In this document: piece by piece, positions 9,364 to 19,359 of the stretch
Numbering within the stretch: the first letter of the stretch is position 1
How the letters are laid out: each line of letters starts with the position of its first letter
Translations under genes and position numbers: made by a program
IMG/VR virus record: IMGVR_UViG_3300028374_000796
Length of the DNA stretch: 64,000 nucleotides
Strand: one strand, 5' to 3'
From: a virus
Notes under the pieces: model-generated
The model's input: only the letters and a program-made list of their open reading frames with translations
Database searches by the model: none
What the model was told of the DNA's origin: nothing

Positions 9364-10833
9364 CTATGCTATCTTTGCAAGAGCATCTATCTGTTCCTTT
9401 ATCTCATTATGGTCTAATTTTCTAATTTCACTTCCCCAAAGAGTAAGACAGTCAAATCCTCTACTTTGGAAAAACTCTTCGCGCTCTTTCTGGTGGGCGT
9501 ACCCTTCCTGACCAGTAAATTTTTTAGAATGCCAATGATCCCCGAAAGCTTCGACTACCGCATAGGGATTTAGATCTTGAACTTCGGCACCTTCCCGGTA
9601 CCTTAATAAATCTGCTTCGTCAAGGACAACAAAATCAGGATTCTTTCCATCAATCCAGTAGGTAAACTCCCCTGTATAAAGAACATGATCTGAAGTAGCC
9701 TCGTCTATCTTTATCTCAATAGAAGTAGGTAATGCGATATTTTGACTTTGCGGCGGAAAAGGAACTCCGTAGTTCTCGATCCAAATAGTACGGATCTTCT
9801 CTTTTATTTTAGGAGACTTAGATACATTGTAATAGCCATATTTATCATCACAAGTCTTTCTTCTTTTCTCAATAAATTTGGGTAATTGCAAAGGGTGTTC
9901 TACACCAAATTTCTCTACGAACCCTTCTACTAACCTTTCCCAGGCTCCTTCTATCTTCATAGGACTATCAATGCCTTCTCCATGTGTCGACTCAAAATTT
10001 TGACGGAAAAGCTCATAAAATTCTTCGTTTTGCATATGATGGTCAGTACCCCATTTTTCCTGACACGCTTGAATAAATTTTTCTCGAAATTCTTCAGTTC
10101 TGAAAAAATATTTATCGCCATATCTTTTTTCGGTAGTTTTCAACGTCCTTTTTCTAATTTCAGGATCTTGTTGAGGATTCCGAACCCCATGGTTAGCAAG
10201 CATTCCTTTCTGCGCCCTCTCAGAGCCTTCCTTACCGCCTAGAGGGTTCTCATGACCGTACTTATCAAAGTTGGTCTTAGAACGCTTCTCACGGGCTTCT
10301 GGAGACCACGCGGTTTCGGTCACATCGAATTTATCTTTGATTTCTTCTGCTTGAAAAACATTGTCGACACCATACTTGTCTCTGACGGTAGCTACTCTTT
10401 TTTTCTGGATGCCAGAACAATTAGTAGGGGCATCAGGATAAAGAGAAAGGTATTGGTCCTTAGATAGACCATGTTCGCTTTTTACATGGTGGTTAATGAT
10501 CCTTTTCCGAACAGAAATTCCATTCTCTTCACAGATTCGACAATACACATAATCTATTCCTTCTTCTGCTTGGGGAGAATACCTACCAATTTTTAGGTAG
10601 GCATCAAAATTATAATCCTTTGAAGTTACTCTGATCTTGGCGTTCCATTCAGGACACCTAGAACAATGAGAACCAAAAGATTTTCTGGATTTGAATTGGG
10701 TCTTGTTACATGCGGGGCACTTTACTTCATCTAAGTCTTCATACGTTCGTAACATTGGGCATACTCCAAAAGGAAAACTGTTATTGATTATTCTACTATA
10801 GTAACGAATAGAAATCCACAGCAATTCCGACAC
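9364..10833 (-). CDS. Homing-type PD-(D/E)XK endonuclease with zinc finger and KYG repeats; probable start 10755
   Basis: CPAC..HCSRC and CRIC zinc fingers; repeats KYGVDNVFQ/KYGHENP/KWGTDHHMQ/KFGVEHPLQ/KYGYYNVSK; C-terminal KNPDFV...VVEAFGDHWH. Confidence 0.7.
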   Translation of the reverse strand: MSELLWISIRYYSRIINNSFPFGVCPMLRTYEDLDEVKCPACNKTQFKSRKSFGSHCSRCPEWNAKIRVTSKDYNFDAYLKIGRYSPQAEEGIDYVYCRICEENGISVRKRIINHHVKSEHGLSKDQYLSLYPDAPTNCSGIQKKRVATVRDKYGVDNVFQAEEIKDKFDVTETAWSPEAREKRSKTNFDKYGHENPLGGKEGSERAQKGMLANHGVRNPQQDPEIRKRTLKTTEKRYGDKYFFRTEEFREKFIQACQEKWGTDHHMQNEEFYELFRQNFESTHGEGIDSPMKIEGAWERLVEGFVEKFGVEHPLQLPKFIEKRRKTCDDKYGYYNVSKSPKIKEKIRTIWIENYGVPFPPQSQNIALPTSIEIKIDEATSDHVLYTGEFTYWIDGKNPDFVVLDEADLLRYREGAEVQDLNPYAVVEAFGDHWHSKKFTGQEGYAHQKEREEFFQSRGFDCLTLWGSEIRKLDHNEIKEQIDALAKIA

Positions 10834-10919
10834 GGAGTGAAATAACTAGATTTGAAGCAAAATTTCAAAAACTGTCCGAAGAAAGGTTTTGTTTCGTAAA
10901 CAAAACCCCCGTAAGTGCT

Positions 10920-11804
10920 TTATAAACCTAGGTATTTTGCGGGTGTAAGCACTCCCGAACCCGTGGCGGGTCCCCAGGCCGACCTCACTCCTATACCGTA
11001 CCTACTCTGCTGTAGACCCCGTATGATTTTTACAGTTCGAGTCTTTGCTTCCAGCATTTTATCTAGCTGGCTCTCCGCATTGTTTTTAATGCCTTCATAT
11101 TTGGAACTCTTTTCAATACTGAGAGAAATACCTCCAATTGAGTAGTCGAATTCGTCAGCGATCCAATTCAAAGCCAAAGCCATTGTAGCGTGTGCGATTC
11201 CTGCCATTAATATCATCTGTCTCCATGCAGGTTTTGCTTTAACCATATAGTCGATAGAATTCCAATGCGTCTCAGGTGGCCAGAGGTTAATAAAGTCAAC
11301 TCCCCTTTCCATGTATTCGATTAATTCTTCGTCAGTCCAGATAAAAGAGAAAACTCGATTCTTCTCGCTCATCGTGCCTTCACTGGTAGGAGGCCTAAAA
11401 TGGTAATTTCTGTCAGGAGCGTTGTCTCTCAAAAGTATCCTCAATCTTCGGATCATATCCGCCTGTATGGGGGTCCACAGGGAACTCTGAAAGGTTTCTT
11501 CCTCAACGATGTGGAACTCTTCCATAACTGTGTTCTGAGGGGATGTGGTGCTCTGCTGGAAGGTCCATCGTATTCGGTACTTACCTAGATCAGCGTTCTC
11601 GGGGATCTGAAAAGAAGCATAGTACATTCCCAGTTCGGGATGAACTGGTTGCCGGACCGTAGTACCAACAGGGACTTCCCCAAAAGATGTTACCTGATAG
11701 ATAGCATAGGAAATCTCATAAGCGTCTGTAGGATTATCATTTCCATCTACTAGGGCAAGAGCCAGATCTTCTGACCCCATGATTTTGCCTCTGGGATATT
11801 GCAT
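10920..11804 (-). CDS. Putative head-tail adaptor/neck protein
   Basis: N-terminal Ig-like beta domain; helical IRRLRILLRD...WTDEEL; EFDYSIGGISLS adaptor-like hairpin. Confidence 0.5.
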   Translation of the reverse strand: MQYPRGKIMGSEDLALALVDGNDNPTDAYEISYAIYQVTSFGEVPVGTTVRQPVHPELGMYYASFQIPENADLGKYRIRWTFQQSTTSPQNTVMEEFHIVEEETFQSSLWTPIQADMIRRLRILLRDNAPDRNYHFRPPTSEGTMSEKNRVFSFIWTDEELIEYMERGVDFINLWPPETHWNSIDYMVKAKPAWRQMILMAGIAHATMALALNWIADEFDYSIGGISLSIEKSSKYEGIKNNAESQLDKMLEAKTRTVKIIRGLQQSRYGIGVRSAWGPATGSGVLTPAKYLGL

Positions 11805-12489
11805 AATTAAAGATCTCTATAAAGGAAGTAGGAAGTATCTACCACCTACTCGAAAATATAAATAGAATTTAGGTTTCAGTCGAAATACCTTAACTCGCTA
11901 AGAAGGCTTCTAAGGCTTTTGTTTTAATATCAAGGTTGAAGACCCGTATCTCAATAAGAAGTAGGTTCCTGTCCTTTCTGAAAACTCTGAGAATATAATG
12001 TAGCCTTCATTTGGTTCTTGTAAGTGAGAAACATCCTTCCCTGAACAGTGAAGGTAATTAGGTTTATCGGCTTCCTTTTACAAAAAGCTCCTGATAAGAA
12101 GTAGGAACTGTTCTAGTATCATCATTTACATCCTACTAACGTGTTTATCTATACGAACTCCAAGCTAAGTAAGACTGCATGGATCTCTACTAAGAGAAGA
12201 CCGGTGATCCTTTAAGGATCGAATTCGTATAAAGGAAGTTCTGCATGGATCTAAGAAGAGAAGAGTTACTTTTCTTAGGAGACCGGTTCTTCTTATAGAT
12301 ATAACACTTAAGTATTACCTATAAGGGATCAATTATATATATCTTACTCTTAGATATGATCATTATAGTAAGAAGTCTTATAACTACTAATGCTAAAAAT
12401 AATATAGAAGCTATAGAAAAAAATACAGTAAAAACAGAAGTAGAAGTAGAACAAGCAGGATAAGTAGTATCAGAAGTACGTGTTATAGT

Positions 12490-12629
12490 AGGATAAGCAG
12501 GATAAGTAGTAGGATAAGTAGTAGGATAAGCAGGATAAGTAGTAGGATAAGTAGTAGGATAAGTAGTAGGATAAGTAGCAGGATAAGCAGGATAAGTAGC
12601 AGGATAAGTAGCAGGATAAGTAGGATAAG
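12490..12629. repeat. Tandem array of 13 AGGATAAG-core units (9 or 12 bp), plus an isolated copy at 12457
   Basis: Counted directly; lies in a ~1 kb gap with no ORF. Confidence 0.9.
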
Positions 12630-12799
12630 TAGTAGTATCAAAAAGAAAAGACCCACACTCTTATTAGGAGTATGAGCCTTTCTTAGTAAGGGAGGAAACT
12701 CTAAAGTTTAGGGATTATTATGAGCTTTGTCCATAAGATCTTGTAGCTTTTTACCATTGTCTAACATATTGTCGAGTCTTTTTTTGGTATCTCTCTAGG

Positions 12800-13321
12800 T
12801 TATAGTTTAGTTTTTTCCATAAAATGAAGAACTTGGTTAAGGGACTTCGCTGCGTCTTCTTGCTCCCTAGTCCAGAATCCCTTGTCATCTAGCATTTCAT
12901 TATATTCTTCCAGACGGGCTTGCAAGGGTTTCTTAGCTTCTTTGAAAGTTGACTTGATATGGTCTGCTATCTTCTCAACTCTTGCTAAACCCTTTTTAAA
13001 ACGGTTCTCTAGTTCCATAGCTTCTTGTTCAAGATCATGACTGATATGAACCATCTCTACAAAATGGTGTGTTGCCTCTTCGATAGTATTACCAAGAAGT
13101 CTTAGTTCCCGATCTTCCTCAGTTTCCGCAAATTTCTCAGCATGACTTCGCAAATTAGTGAATGCCTGTTGACTTCCGGTGTCCACATCTTTAAGCTTAT
13201 CAAGAACTTTATAGTTAATAATTTTCTCAGAAGAAATACGATCTAGTACGGGTCTTAGGTGGGGTCTAAGCTCAGGATTAGTAGATCCTAAACGAATAAG
13301 TTGATCTTTTAGGTTTTTCAT
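12800..13321 (-). CDS. LIRLG-NPELR-tagged coiled-coil protein
   Basis: MKNLKDQLIRLGSTNPELRPHLRPVLDRISS. Confidence 0.75.
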   Translation of the reverse strand: MKNLKDQLIRLGSTNPELRPHLRPVLDRISSEKIINYKVLDKLKDVDTGSQQAFTNLRSHAEKFAETEEDRELRLLGNTIEEATHHFVEMVHISHDLEQEAMELENRFKKGLARVEKIADHIKSTFKEAKKPLQARLEEYNEMLDDKGFWTREQEDAAKSLNQVLHFMEKTKL

Positions 13322-13348
13322 GAAGTAGATCTCTCTTAGTAAAAGGGG

Positions 13349-13771
13349 TTACTTGATTAATTTGGCAATGTTTTGAACGGGACCTAATCTCATAAGTCCT
13401 TTTACCAGGTCTTCTCGACGACCTAGTGGTTTAGCCCCTGGGCTAATATCCAATTCATCTTCCCAATAGATAAAAGTTTCTCTCCCAGGCTTCCATTCTT
13501 TGAGTCCACCTCTGAAAAGGGGGTCATTCAGAAGGAAATCTAGGATCTGATTGGCCACAGCTTCGGGAGTTCCTTGAACATCCATCCAACCTAACTCTTC
13601 AGCTAGATCCTGAATAGAGGAACCCTCAGACCAAACTTGCCACACCTTAATTGTATCTCTCTGGTCAACATAACCAGAAGTTTTAATGGAGGAAAGGATT
13701 GGTCTTAGATGTTCTCTCAGTTCTGGGTTCAGAGAACCCAATCGAATAAGTTGGTTTTTCAAATTTTTCAT
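13349..13771 (-). CDS. LIRLG-NPELR-tagged protein (start corrected from 13801)
   Basis: MKNLKNQLIRLGSLNPELREHLRPILSSIKTS begins at ATG 13771. Confidence 0.7.
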   Translation of the reverse strand: MKNLKNQLIRLGSLNPELREHLRPILSSIKTSGYVDQRDTIKVWQVWSEGSSIQDLAEELGWMDVQGTPEAVANQILDFLLNDPLFRGGLKEWKPGRETFIYWEDELDISPGAKPLGRREDLVKGLMRLGPVQNIAKLIK

Positions 13772-13788
13772 GGTAAATCTCACTGTAG

Positions 13789-14022
13789 TTAAGCGAAGCA
13801 AAGGCTTTTCAATGCTCTTAATTCATCTGCATAGTCGAGAGCAGATACTTTGCCTTCTCGGGAGAAATAAGAGTTCTTTAGATCCCTTACATCATGGTTG
13901 TTCTCGAAAATGAAATAGGTCCTCCCACTCACTTTCGTAGTTCCCTCAAAAGCTAGACCGGCTGCTTTCAAGTAAGCTGCTAAATAAAGGTCGGTCGTTC
14001 GATAATCTTGTCTTACGCTCAT
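13789..14022 (-). CDS. DUF5659-like small protein
   Basis: TTDLYLAAYLKAAG...GRTYFIF...V.ALDY pattern. Confidence 0.6.
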   Translation of the reverse strand: MSVRQDYRTTDLYLAAYLKAAGLAFEGTTKVSGRTYFIFENNHDVRDLKNSYFSREGKVSALDYADELRALKSLCFA

Positions 14023-14050
14023 TCTAGGGTACTCCTTCTTTTCAAACTAT

Positions 14051-14500
14051 TTAGTAACGAAAATCTTCTAGCCATTCCAAAAAAGCCTCTGCGTACTGAG
14101 CAACAGGACCCGTGAGGGTGTCCTCAAAGATATAACGATCTAAAGAAGCTATGTCAGGGTCTGCGTAATTTATATCAGATTGTAATGGGGTATCTCCCAC
14201 AGCGTAATTTTCCAGTAGTTTCGCTAACGTTGGGGAGTTCAGATCCTTCTCGATAAATTCTTTGAGTTTGCTAAAACTGTCATAGGAGGCTATCCTATCT
14301 AAAATAGGTCTTAGGTGCTGTCTCAATTCAGGGTTATCAGATCCTAACCGGATAAGTTCTTTTTTCAAATTCGACATTTTTTCTCTCTCTGAAGGGTCAT
14401 CATCTCCCCTAGGAACTCGGGCGCACCAGGGAGGTTGGTCTTCAACAGGTCCTCGACATTCGTTATAGTCAGGCACCGATCTAAGAGGTTTGTTACTCAT
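14051..14500 (-). CDS. LIRLG-NPELR-tagged protein (motif starts at internal ATG 14377)
   Basis: MSNLKKELIRLGSDNPELRQHLRPILDRIAS. Confidence 0.7.
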   Translation of the reverse strand: MSNKPLRSVPDYNECRGPVEDQPPWCARVPRGDDDPSEREKMSNLKKELIRLGSDNPELRQHLRPILDRIASYDSFSKLKEFIEKDLNSPTLAKLLENYAVGDTPLQSDINYADPDIASLDRYIFEDTLTGPVAQYAEAFLEWLEDFRY

Positions 14501-14636
14501 TTTTGAATTTTCTCCAAAAGATCTTTTTCACCACATAAGTGGGGGATTTTTTATGACAATTCTCACAAAGAGTTCGTCCCTTATTGATGTCCCATATATT
14601 TTCATCCAAGGTTTCATAGGTATTCTAACTCAATAT

Positions 14637-14678
14637 AAAAAGAAAACCCCGATTCCCCTAAAAGGAGAACCGGGGTTT
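14637..14678 (-). terminator. Intrinsic terminator
   Basis: AAAAAGAAAACCCCG...CGGGGTTT hairpin with U-tract on the minus strand. Confidence 0.7.
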
Positions 14679-14701
14679 ACGTTGACAGTGACTCTTATAT
14701 C

Positions 14702-15124
14702 TTAAAGGCTATACAGCGCATCACCATCATCTGTGAAGACCTTAATCCAACCAAGCTCAAGAGCTTTAGCTAGAACTCCCCCATTGAAAGAGAGCTTGAA
14801 GTTTCCAGTCTCAATCAATTTAACGGAAAGGATGTCTTGAACTGCTTGCTGTTCTTCCACATCCATCGGCTCTGTGGTTGCATCATCGATAGTATCTAAC
14901 GAAATATCGTCTGCACCTATGGTAGCATCAACGACATCTTGAGCATCTTCCGTAGTTACACCAGCAGCATCAAGAGCTTTTTGAAGAGCCACCAAGTCTA
15001 CAGATCTGATATTTTGCTCTTGTCCAGGTGGGTTAATTGTATGTTCTCTGAGAGACTGAACTCGATCCAGGTCCCAGACTAAAAGAGAAACGAAAGGTGT
15101 GCCAACTACTGAAATTCTTGCCAT
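14702..15124 (-). CDS. Hypothetical, probably virion protein
   Basis: Acidic, Ala/Val-rich; GGAGG SD. Confidence 0.6.
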   Translation of the reverse strand: MARISVVGTPFVSLLVWDLDRVQSLREHTINPPGQEQNIRSVDLVALQKALDAAGVTTEDAQDVVDATIGADDISLDTIDDATTEPMDVEEQQAVQDILSVKLIETGNFKLSFNGGVLAKALELGWIKVFTDDGDALYSL

Positions 15125-15205
15125 AATAAATCCTCCGAAGGATATTGGTTTATGAAATAAGGGTTTAGCTTGCGCGCTATACTACTTCTAATATCAAAGG
15201 ATTAC

Positions 15206-15766
15206 TTAAGCGGTATGGTCAACTGCAACTGCATTAGATGCATTTCCATTAGCGGTAACTACTACTTCTTCTCCCGCATCATAAGCTATTCCAGTAGAAA
15301 CTGTAATTTGGGCACTATCTACAGTAATATCTCCCGCATCAATAACGGTTTCATCAATAGAAACACTGGTTACGTCAGGATCAAAGGATTCAAAATTGGT
15401 ACCTGTAATAGTAACGTCTCCTGCAGCAGTCTGAGTAACCGTAGCAATCGTAGGGGCATCTAAAACACCTGCGGGAATCTCAATAACGTCTACAAGTCCT
15501 TTTGCTGCAAGACCTGCAATATCACCGTGTGCTCGGGAGAGCATTACTTTGTCGCTTTCAACAAGATCAGTAAATCCGGGAACATCCGTGTCTGTTACAA
15601 CAGCAAGGACGCCGGTTCCTGATTTCGTAAAGCTTTTCTTGTTATAGGTAACGTAGCAGTTTTGCTTACGTTCTGTGTCTAAAAATTCACGATCGACACC
15701 TTCGTCGATATCCGTGATAAGGATTGCTCCTTTCTCTGCTTGCGTATGTACCAAACGAATCTTCAT
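15206..15766 (-). CDS. Virion protein with C-terminal IPT/TIG-like Ig domain
   Basis: APTIATV...GDVTITGTNF...QITV...VVVTANG; AGGAG SD. Confidence 0.6.
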   Translation of the reverse strand: MKIRLVHTQAEKGAILITDIDEGVDREFLDTERKQNCYVTYNKKSFTKSGTGVLAVVTDTDVPGFTDLVESDKVMLSRAHGDIAGLAAKGLVDVIEIPAGVLDAPTIATVTQTAAGDVTITGTNFESFDPDVTSVSIDETVIDAGDITVDSAQITVSTGIAYDAGEEVVVTANGNASNAVAVDHTA

Positions 15767-15835
15767 GATATGATCTCCTTAGGAAGATGGAAGTGTCACT
15801 GTCATCATTATGCGTGACATATTAAAAGAATAGTA

Positions 15836-16756
15836 TTATTTGAGATTAGGATGTGTGGCAAGCGCTACGAAAATAAATACTTCTGCGGGATTAGCTGCAC
15901 CTTCTGCTGTCCGAATTAAAATATCACTAGAACCAAAACTATTATTAGAGAAAGTTTCTCCGGGGGCCAATGGAATTTCTCCTCCACCAGCTCCAAAAGA
16001 AAAATAAGCAGTTTCCGTATCATCAACGTTTCGGATAACAGTAGACGTTGTTTGCCTTGGAAATACCAATTCCATAGCATCTTCGATAGGTCCTATGGGT
16101 GCTTCCCCTTGTAGAACTAGAGAAGACTGGTTTTCCAGATAATAATCGGTGGAAAGAAGAATAATAATTCTTCGATCTGCGCCGGGAACTCCCCCAAAAA
16201 CAGGGGCAATCCTCAGGAAAAGAACATGGGTATCATCAAGGCCATAATCAGCGGGACTAAACCGAAACCGGACCCACTTATTACCAATAAAATATCCAAC
16301 GTCCGCAGTTCCTACTGTAGCAGAGTTCTTTCCGGTGCTTGCCCTTACGGTTTCCATGAGGGTGAAAGTTCCATCCCAGTTGTCTGCTTGCTTGACTTGA
16401 TATTCAGTAGGTTCAGCGGACAACTGAATGATAGCGCCCCCTTCGTCCGTAGTATGAACGTCAAGAGAGAAATCAAGGGTTCCCTCCTCAGGTACCAAAA
16501 GAATGGAAGAACCGTCTGCTGTGGCCTCTATGGGGACCGTAGCACCATTAATAGCATTAGCTAGGGTAGTAGCCATAGCACCAGAAGAATTAGCAGCAGG
16601 ATTAGGATCTTCTGCACGAAAAGCAAAGCCATTGATGACGACTACATACTCACCACCCTCACCATCATCTCGGTCACGGATCGCAACTCTTTTAGCTTTT
16701 ATTCGGTCAATCATAAGATCAACCAATTCCGTTTTTCGTCGGTAAATATGTGGCAT
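15836..16756 (-). CDS. Putative virion structural protein
   Basis: Gly/Ala/Thr-rich beta protein; ATTLANAING motif. Confidence 0.5.
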   Translation of the reverse strand: MPHIYRRKTELVDLMIDRIKAKRVAIRDRDDGEGGEYVVVINGFAFRAEDPNPAANSSGAMATTLANAINGATVPIEATADGSSILLVPEEGTLDFSLDVHTTDEGGAIIQLSAEPTEYQVKQADNWDGTFTLMETVRASTGKNSATVGTADVGYFIGNKWVRFRFSPADYGLDDTHVLFLRIAPVFGGVPGADRRIIILLSTDYYLENQSSLVLQGEAPIGPIEDAMELVFPRQTTSTVIRNVDDTETAYFSFGAGGGEIPLAPGETFSNNSFGSSDILIRTAEGAANPAEVFIFVALATHPNLK

Positions 16757-16841
16757 TGGTATATCCTTGGCTTAATTATTGTTTTCTTTTTGAACCTTGA
16801 TATCTACAGCTTGATAAATAATAGAAAGATTAAAGTAGAAA

Positions 16842-17945
16842 TTACTTTATAGGGAAATTTTCTACTAATTCTTCTGTTATATGTAAATAAGAATTTCCTA
16901 AATTTATTTGACATACGGTGGAGGCAGATACTCCAACCTTTTTTCCGATATCATGTTGACTCAAATCTGAATTGTTCAAAAGGTGTACCACTTTGAACAC
17001 ACCTTCTTCGCTTAAGCTGCGGTTGCCATATGTGTCAGTCTTTTTATGACAAGGAACACAAAGCACTCTACCATTAGAAATATCCCACAACTCATCGCAG
17101 TTAGCAGCCTCATCTTTGGTATCAATTTCATAATCATCTAGTAGACTTGAAAATGGGTAAATATGATCAACATGAAGTGAAGAACCGATTTGACCACATT
17201 CTTGACAAGTGTAATCATCCCTATCAAAAACCGAAGTTCTCCAAACTTTATACGTTGTGCTGGTTCTAATTTTGGACTTCAAAGATGACTTACCCCCTTT
17301 CCATTGCGGATGGTTTTTACCTTTATATTCTCTAGTTTCAACCTTAAATTTTCGTAACCAACGTCCGATGGTGCCTGTAGAAGCATTACACATTTCGGAA
17401 ATCTCTGTAGTAGTTAAACCTTCTTTAACATATTTATGTCGTAACCATTTCTCATCTCGGTATTTACATTTCCCTTTAGTTTTTAATCTCCCCATTGAAA
17501 TCGACTTGGATAATTCTCTAGTCATACCAAATTTAGATAACCAACGCGACACTGTGGCGGCCCTACAACCACAGATCAATGCAATCTCAGTTGAAGATTT
17601 TCTATTAGTACAATACAAATTTCGTAGCCAATTTGCATCCCTATGTTTTAAATTACACACATTTTTAATCTCTATGCCATGTTTTTTAATCCAATTCTGG
17701 ATTGTAACTCGACTGCAATCACAAATTTTAGCAATATCCTTAATGGAAACTTCCTCTACAACGTATTTCTTACTTAACCATTCAAAATCAAAGTAGAAGG
17801 GAACTTCCCTTTTAATTTCATATCTATTTAACCACCTACAAATAGTAGCATCTCCACAGCCGTATTCGTCTGCGATCTCCTGACAGGTTAAACCTTCTTT
17901 AACATATTTCTGGAACAGCCATTCTTTATTTTGATATTTTTTCAT
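16842..17945 (-). CDS. HNH homing endonuclease with four HTH repeats
   Basis: 4x (WL..KY..EGL....IA..C......I.RWL); KGKNHPQWKGG; VFDRDDYTCQECG...HVDHI...NGRVLCVPCH. Confidence 0.85.
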   Translation of the reverse strand: MKKYQNKEWLFQKYVKEGLTCQEIADEYGCGDATICRWLNRYEIKREVPFYFDFEWLSKKYVVEEVSIKDIAKICDCSRVTIQNWIKKHGIEIKNVCNLKHRDANWLRNLYCTNRKSSTEIALICGCRAATVSRWLSKFGMTRELSKSISMGRLKTKGKCKYRDEKWLRHKYVKEGLTTTEISEMCNASTGTIGRWLRKFKVETREYKGKNHPQWKGGKSSLKSKIRTSTTYKVWRTSVFDRDDYTCQECGQIGSSLHVDHIYPFSSLLDDYEIDTKDEAANCDELWDISNGRVLCVPCHKKTDTYGNRSLSEEGVFKVVHLLNNSDLSQHDIGKKVGVSASTVCQINLGNSYLHITEELVENFPIK

Positions 17946-17948
17946 TTT

Positions 17949-18347
17949 TTAAAGGTCACCATTTTCTTCTGCCTTAACGTATGGGATATAAGACTCGGAC
18001 CATTTACAATCCTTATCAGATTTAGCGGCTTCATGGGCTTCTTTCCAGTTCTTTGTTACGTCCCCTCTAAAATTAGGAGCTAATTTTGGAATTTTATTAT
18101 TCTTTTTCTGCCTGTAGTCCATCTTTTTAGATCTGTCCTTACGATACTTTTTCTCTTTGTAGTTTTTATCAGACCATTGCAGACCTTTATAAGATATCTG
18201 TATATTACCTGGATTAAATTTATAATAAGCTATTGAATCACACTCACTACAAGGGATACCACTTTTTTTCATCTTACTAAATTTTTTAAAATTCAATTTT
18301 TTTTCTTGAATTGTAGAGCAGTCTTTACATCGAAAATCGTACTTCAT
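17949..18347 (-). CDS. FmdB-like zinc-ribbon protein
   Basis: MKYDFRCKDC...CSEC. Confidence 0.6.
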   Translation of the reverse strand: MKYDFRCKDCSTIQEKKLNFKKFSKMKKSGIPCSECDSIAYYKFNPGNIQISYKGLQWSDKNYKEKKYRKDRSKKMDYRQKKNNKIPKLAPNFRGDVTKNWKEAHEAAKSDKDCKWSESYIPYVKAEENGDL

Positions 18348-18439
18348 ACAAAACTCCTTATATTAGATTAAAATATACTACAGATAACACGTCTTAGGTT
18401 CTTATTGCTATTCACGTTCGTAAATTAAAAAGGATAAAA

Positions 18440-19354
18440 TTAACGTAAATTCCGCTTCAAATAGTCATAGAAAGCGTCTTCTGCTGCGTAACCAACTCCA
18501 GCATCTTCCGCAGCTTCCATAGCATCTCCCAAAATATCTCGGACATAAACCCAATCCATAGCGGTAGGCTTTTTAGACTCAAATAAAGTCGTTGCGTTTG
18601 GGCCATTAATAAAGAACCTCAGTCCGGATAGGTCCTCTGTTTTGTGATAGTTATAAGCTTGCAGACCTATACTGAGAAGTCCAGGTAATGTGACGTTGTA
18701 CATCCAAGACATTCCGTAGGGTCCGGTATGAGGTCCTTCTACTGCGCTTGAACCAAAAATATCTTTTAGGTCCCTTTCTACATTACCCATACCTTCCATA
18801 AGGTCCATAAGTAGGTACTTTGGAGTATCTACAGCAATCTTAGTAAGGACAGGACGGATATGTTCCCGAAGTTTGGGATTCGTAGATCCCAAACGAATGA
18901 GTTGATCCTCTAAAGAAGGGATACTATCATCTTGAGCAAATTTGAGGGCGATTTTCTTAGCTAATTTTGAACTTGACATAGAGCTTTCCTTGTAAGTAAA
19001 AATTGGGTCATAGGGGTTAACAACTTTACGTTCCATAAAAGGCTCAAGCCCTTCGGAACCAAATAATTCAACGATACATTCTCTTACTTCTTTATCTGAT
19101 AAGGTCATCTGTGTATGAATTTCTTGAACTTTCTCCATACCATCCTGAACAATCTCTGCTATATGTTCGATTTCACCTTCTTCCAGATCCAATTCATCTG
19201 CTAAAATGATGAGATCTGTCATAATGCTATTTAATTGAGATAGAACCTGAGAATTCGAGATCAAGGCATCGGAAATAAGCGCGAAGTTCCTAGCAATTTC
19301 ATTTGCCTTAGAAGTAAAAGGAGTTAGTTTTTCTGGAGCATCATTACTCATCAT
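18440..19354 (-). CDS. Mosaic protein with internal KIALKF and LIRLG-NPELR motifs
   Basis: Internal ATG 18979 then SSSKLAKKIALKFA...SLEDQLIRLGSTNPKLREHIRPVLTKIA. Confidence 0.65.
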   Translation of the reverse strand: MMSNDAPEKLTPFTSKANEIARNFALISDALISNSQVLSQLNSIMTDLIILADELDLEEGEIEHIAEIVQDGMEKVQEIHTQMTLSDKEVRECIVELFGSEGLEPFMERKVVNPYDPIFTYKESSMSSSKLAKKIALKFAQDDSIPSLEDQLIRLGSTNPKLREHIRPVLTKIAVDTPKYLLMDLMEGMGNVERDLKDIFGSSAVEGPHTGPYGMSWMYNVTLPGLLSIGLQAYNYHKTEDLSGLRFFINGPNATTLFESKKPTAMDWVYVRDILGDAMEAAEDAGVGYAAEDAFYDYLKRNLR

Positions 19355-19359
19355 TTATC

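Noticed and set aside
11857-11864. T4-type late promoter TATAAATA (also near 30388, 32506, 39255)
   Set aside because: It reads TATAAATA on the plus strand, but the downstream genes are on the minus strand; it is the reverse complement of the proposed motif
12480-12660. Poly-Leu/Ile or YPTT-repeat peptide encoded by the tandem array
   Set aside because: Units are multiples of 3 and the minus frames are open, but there is no convincing start or SD; openness follows from the repeat composition
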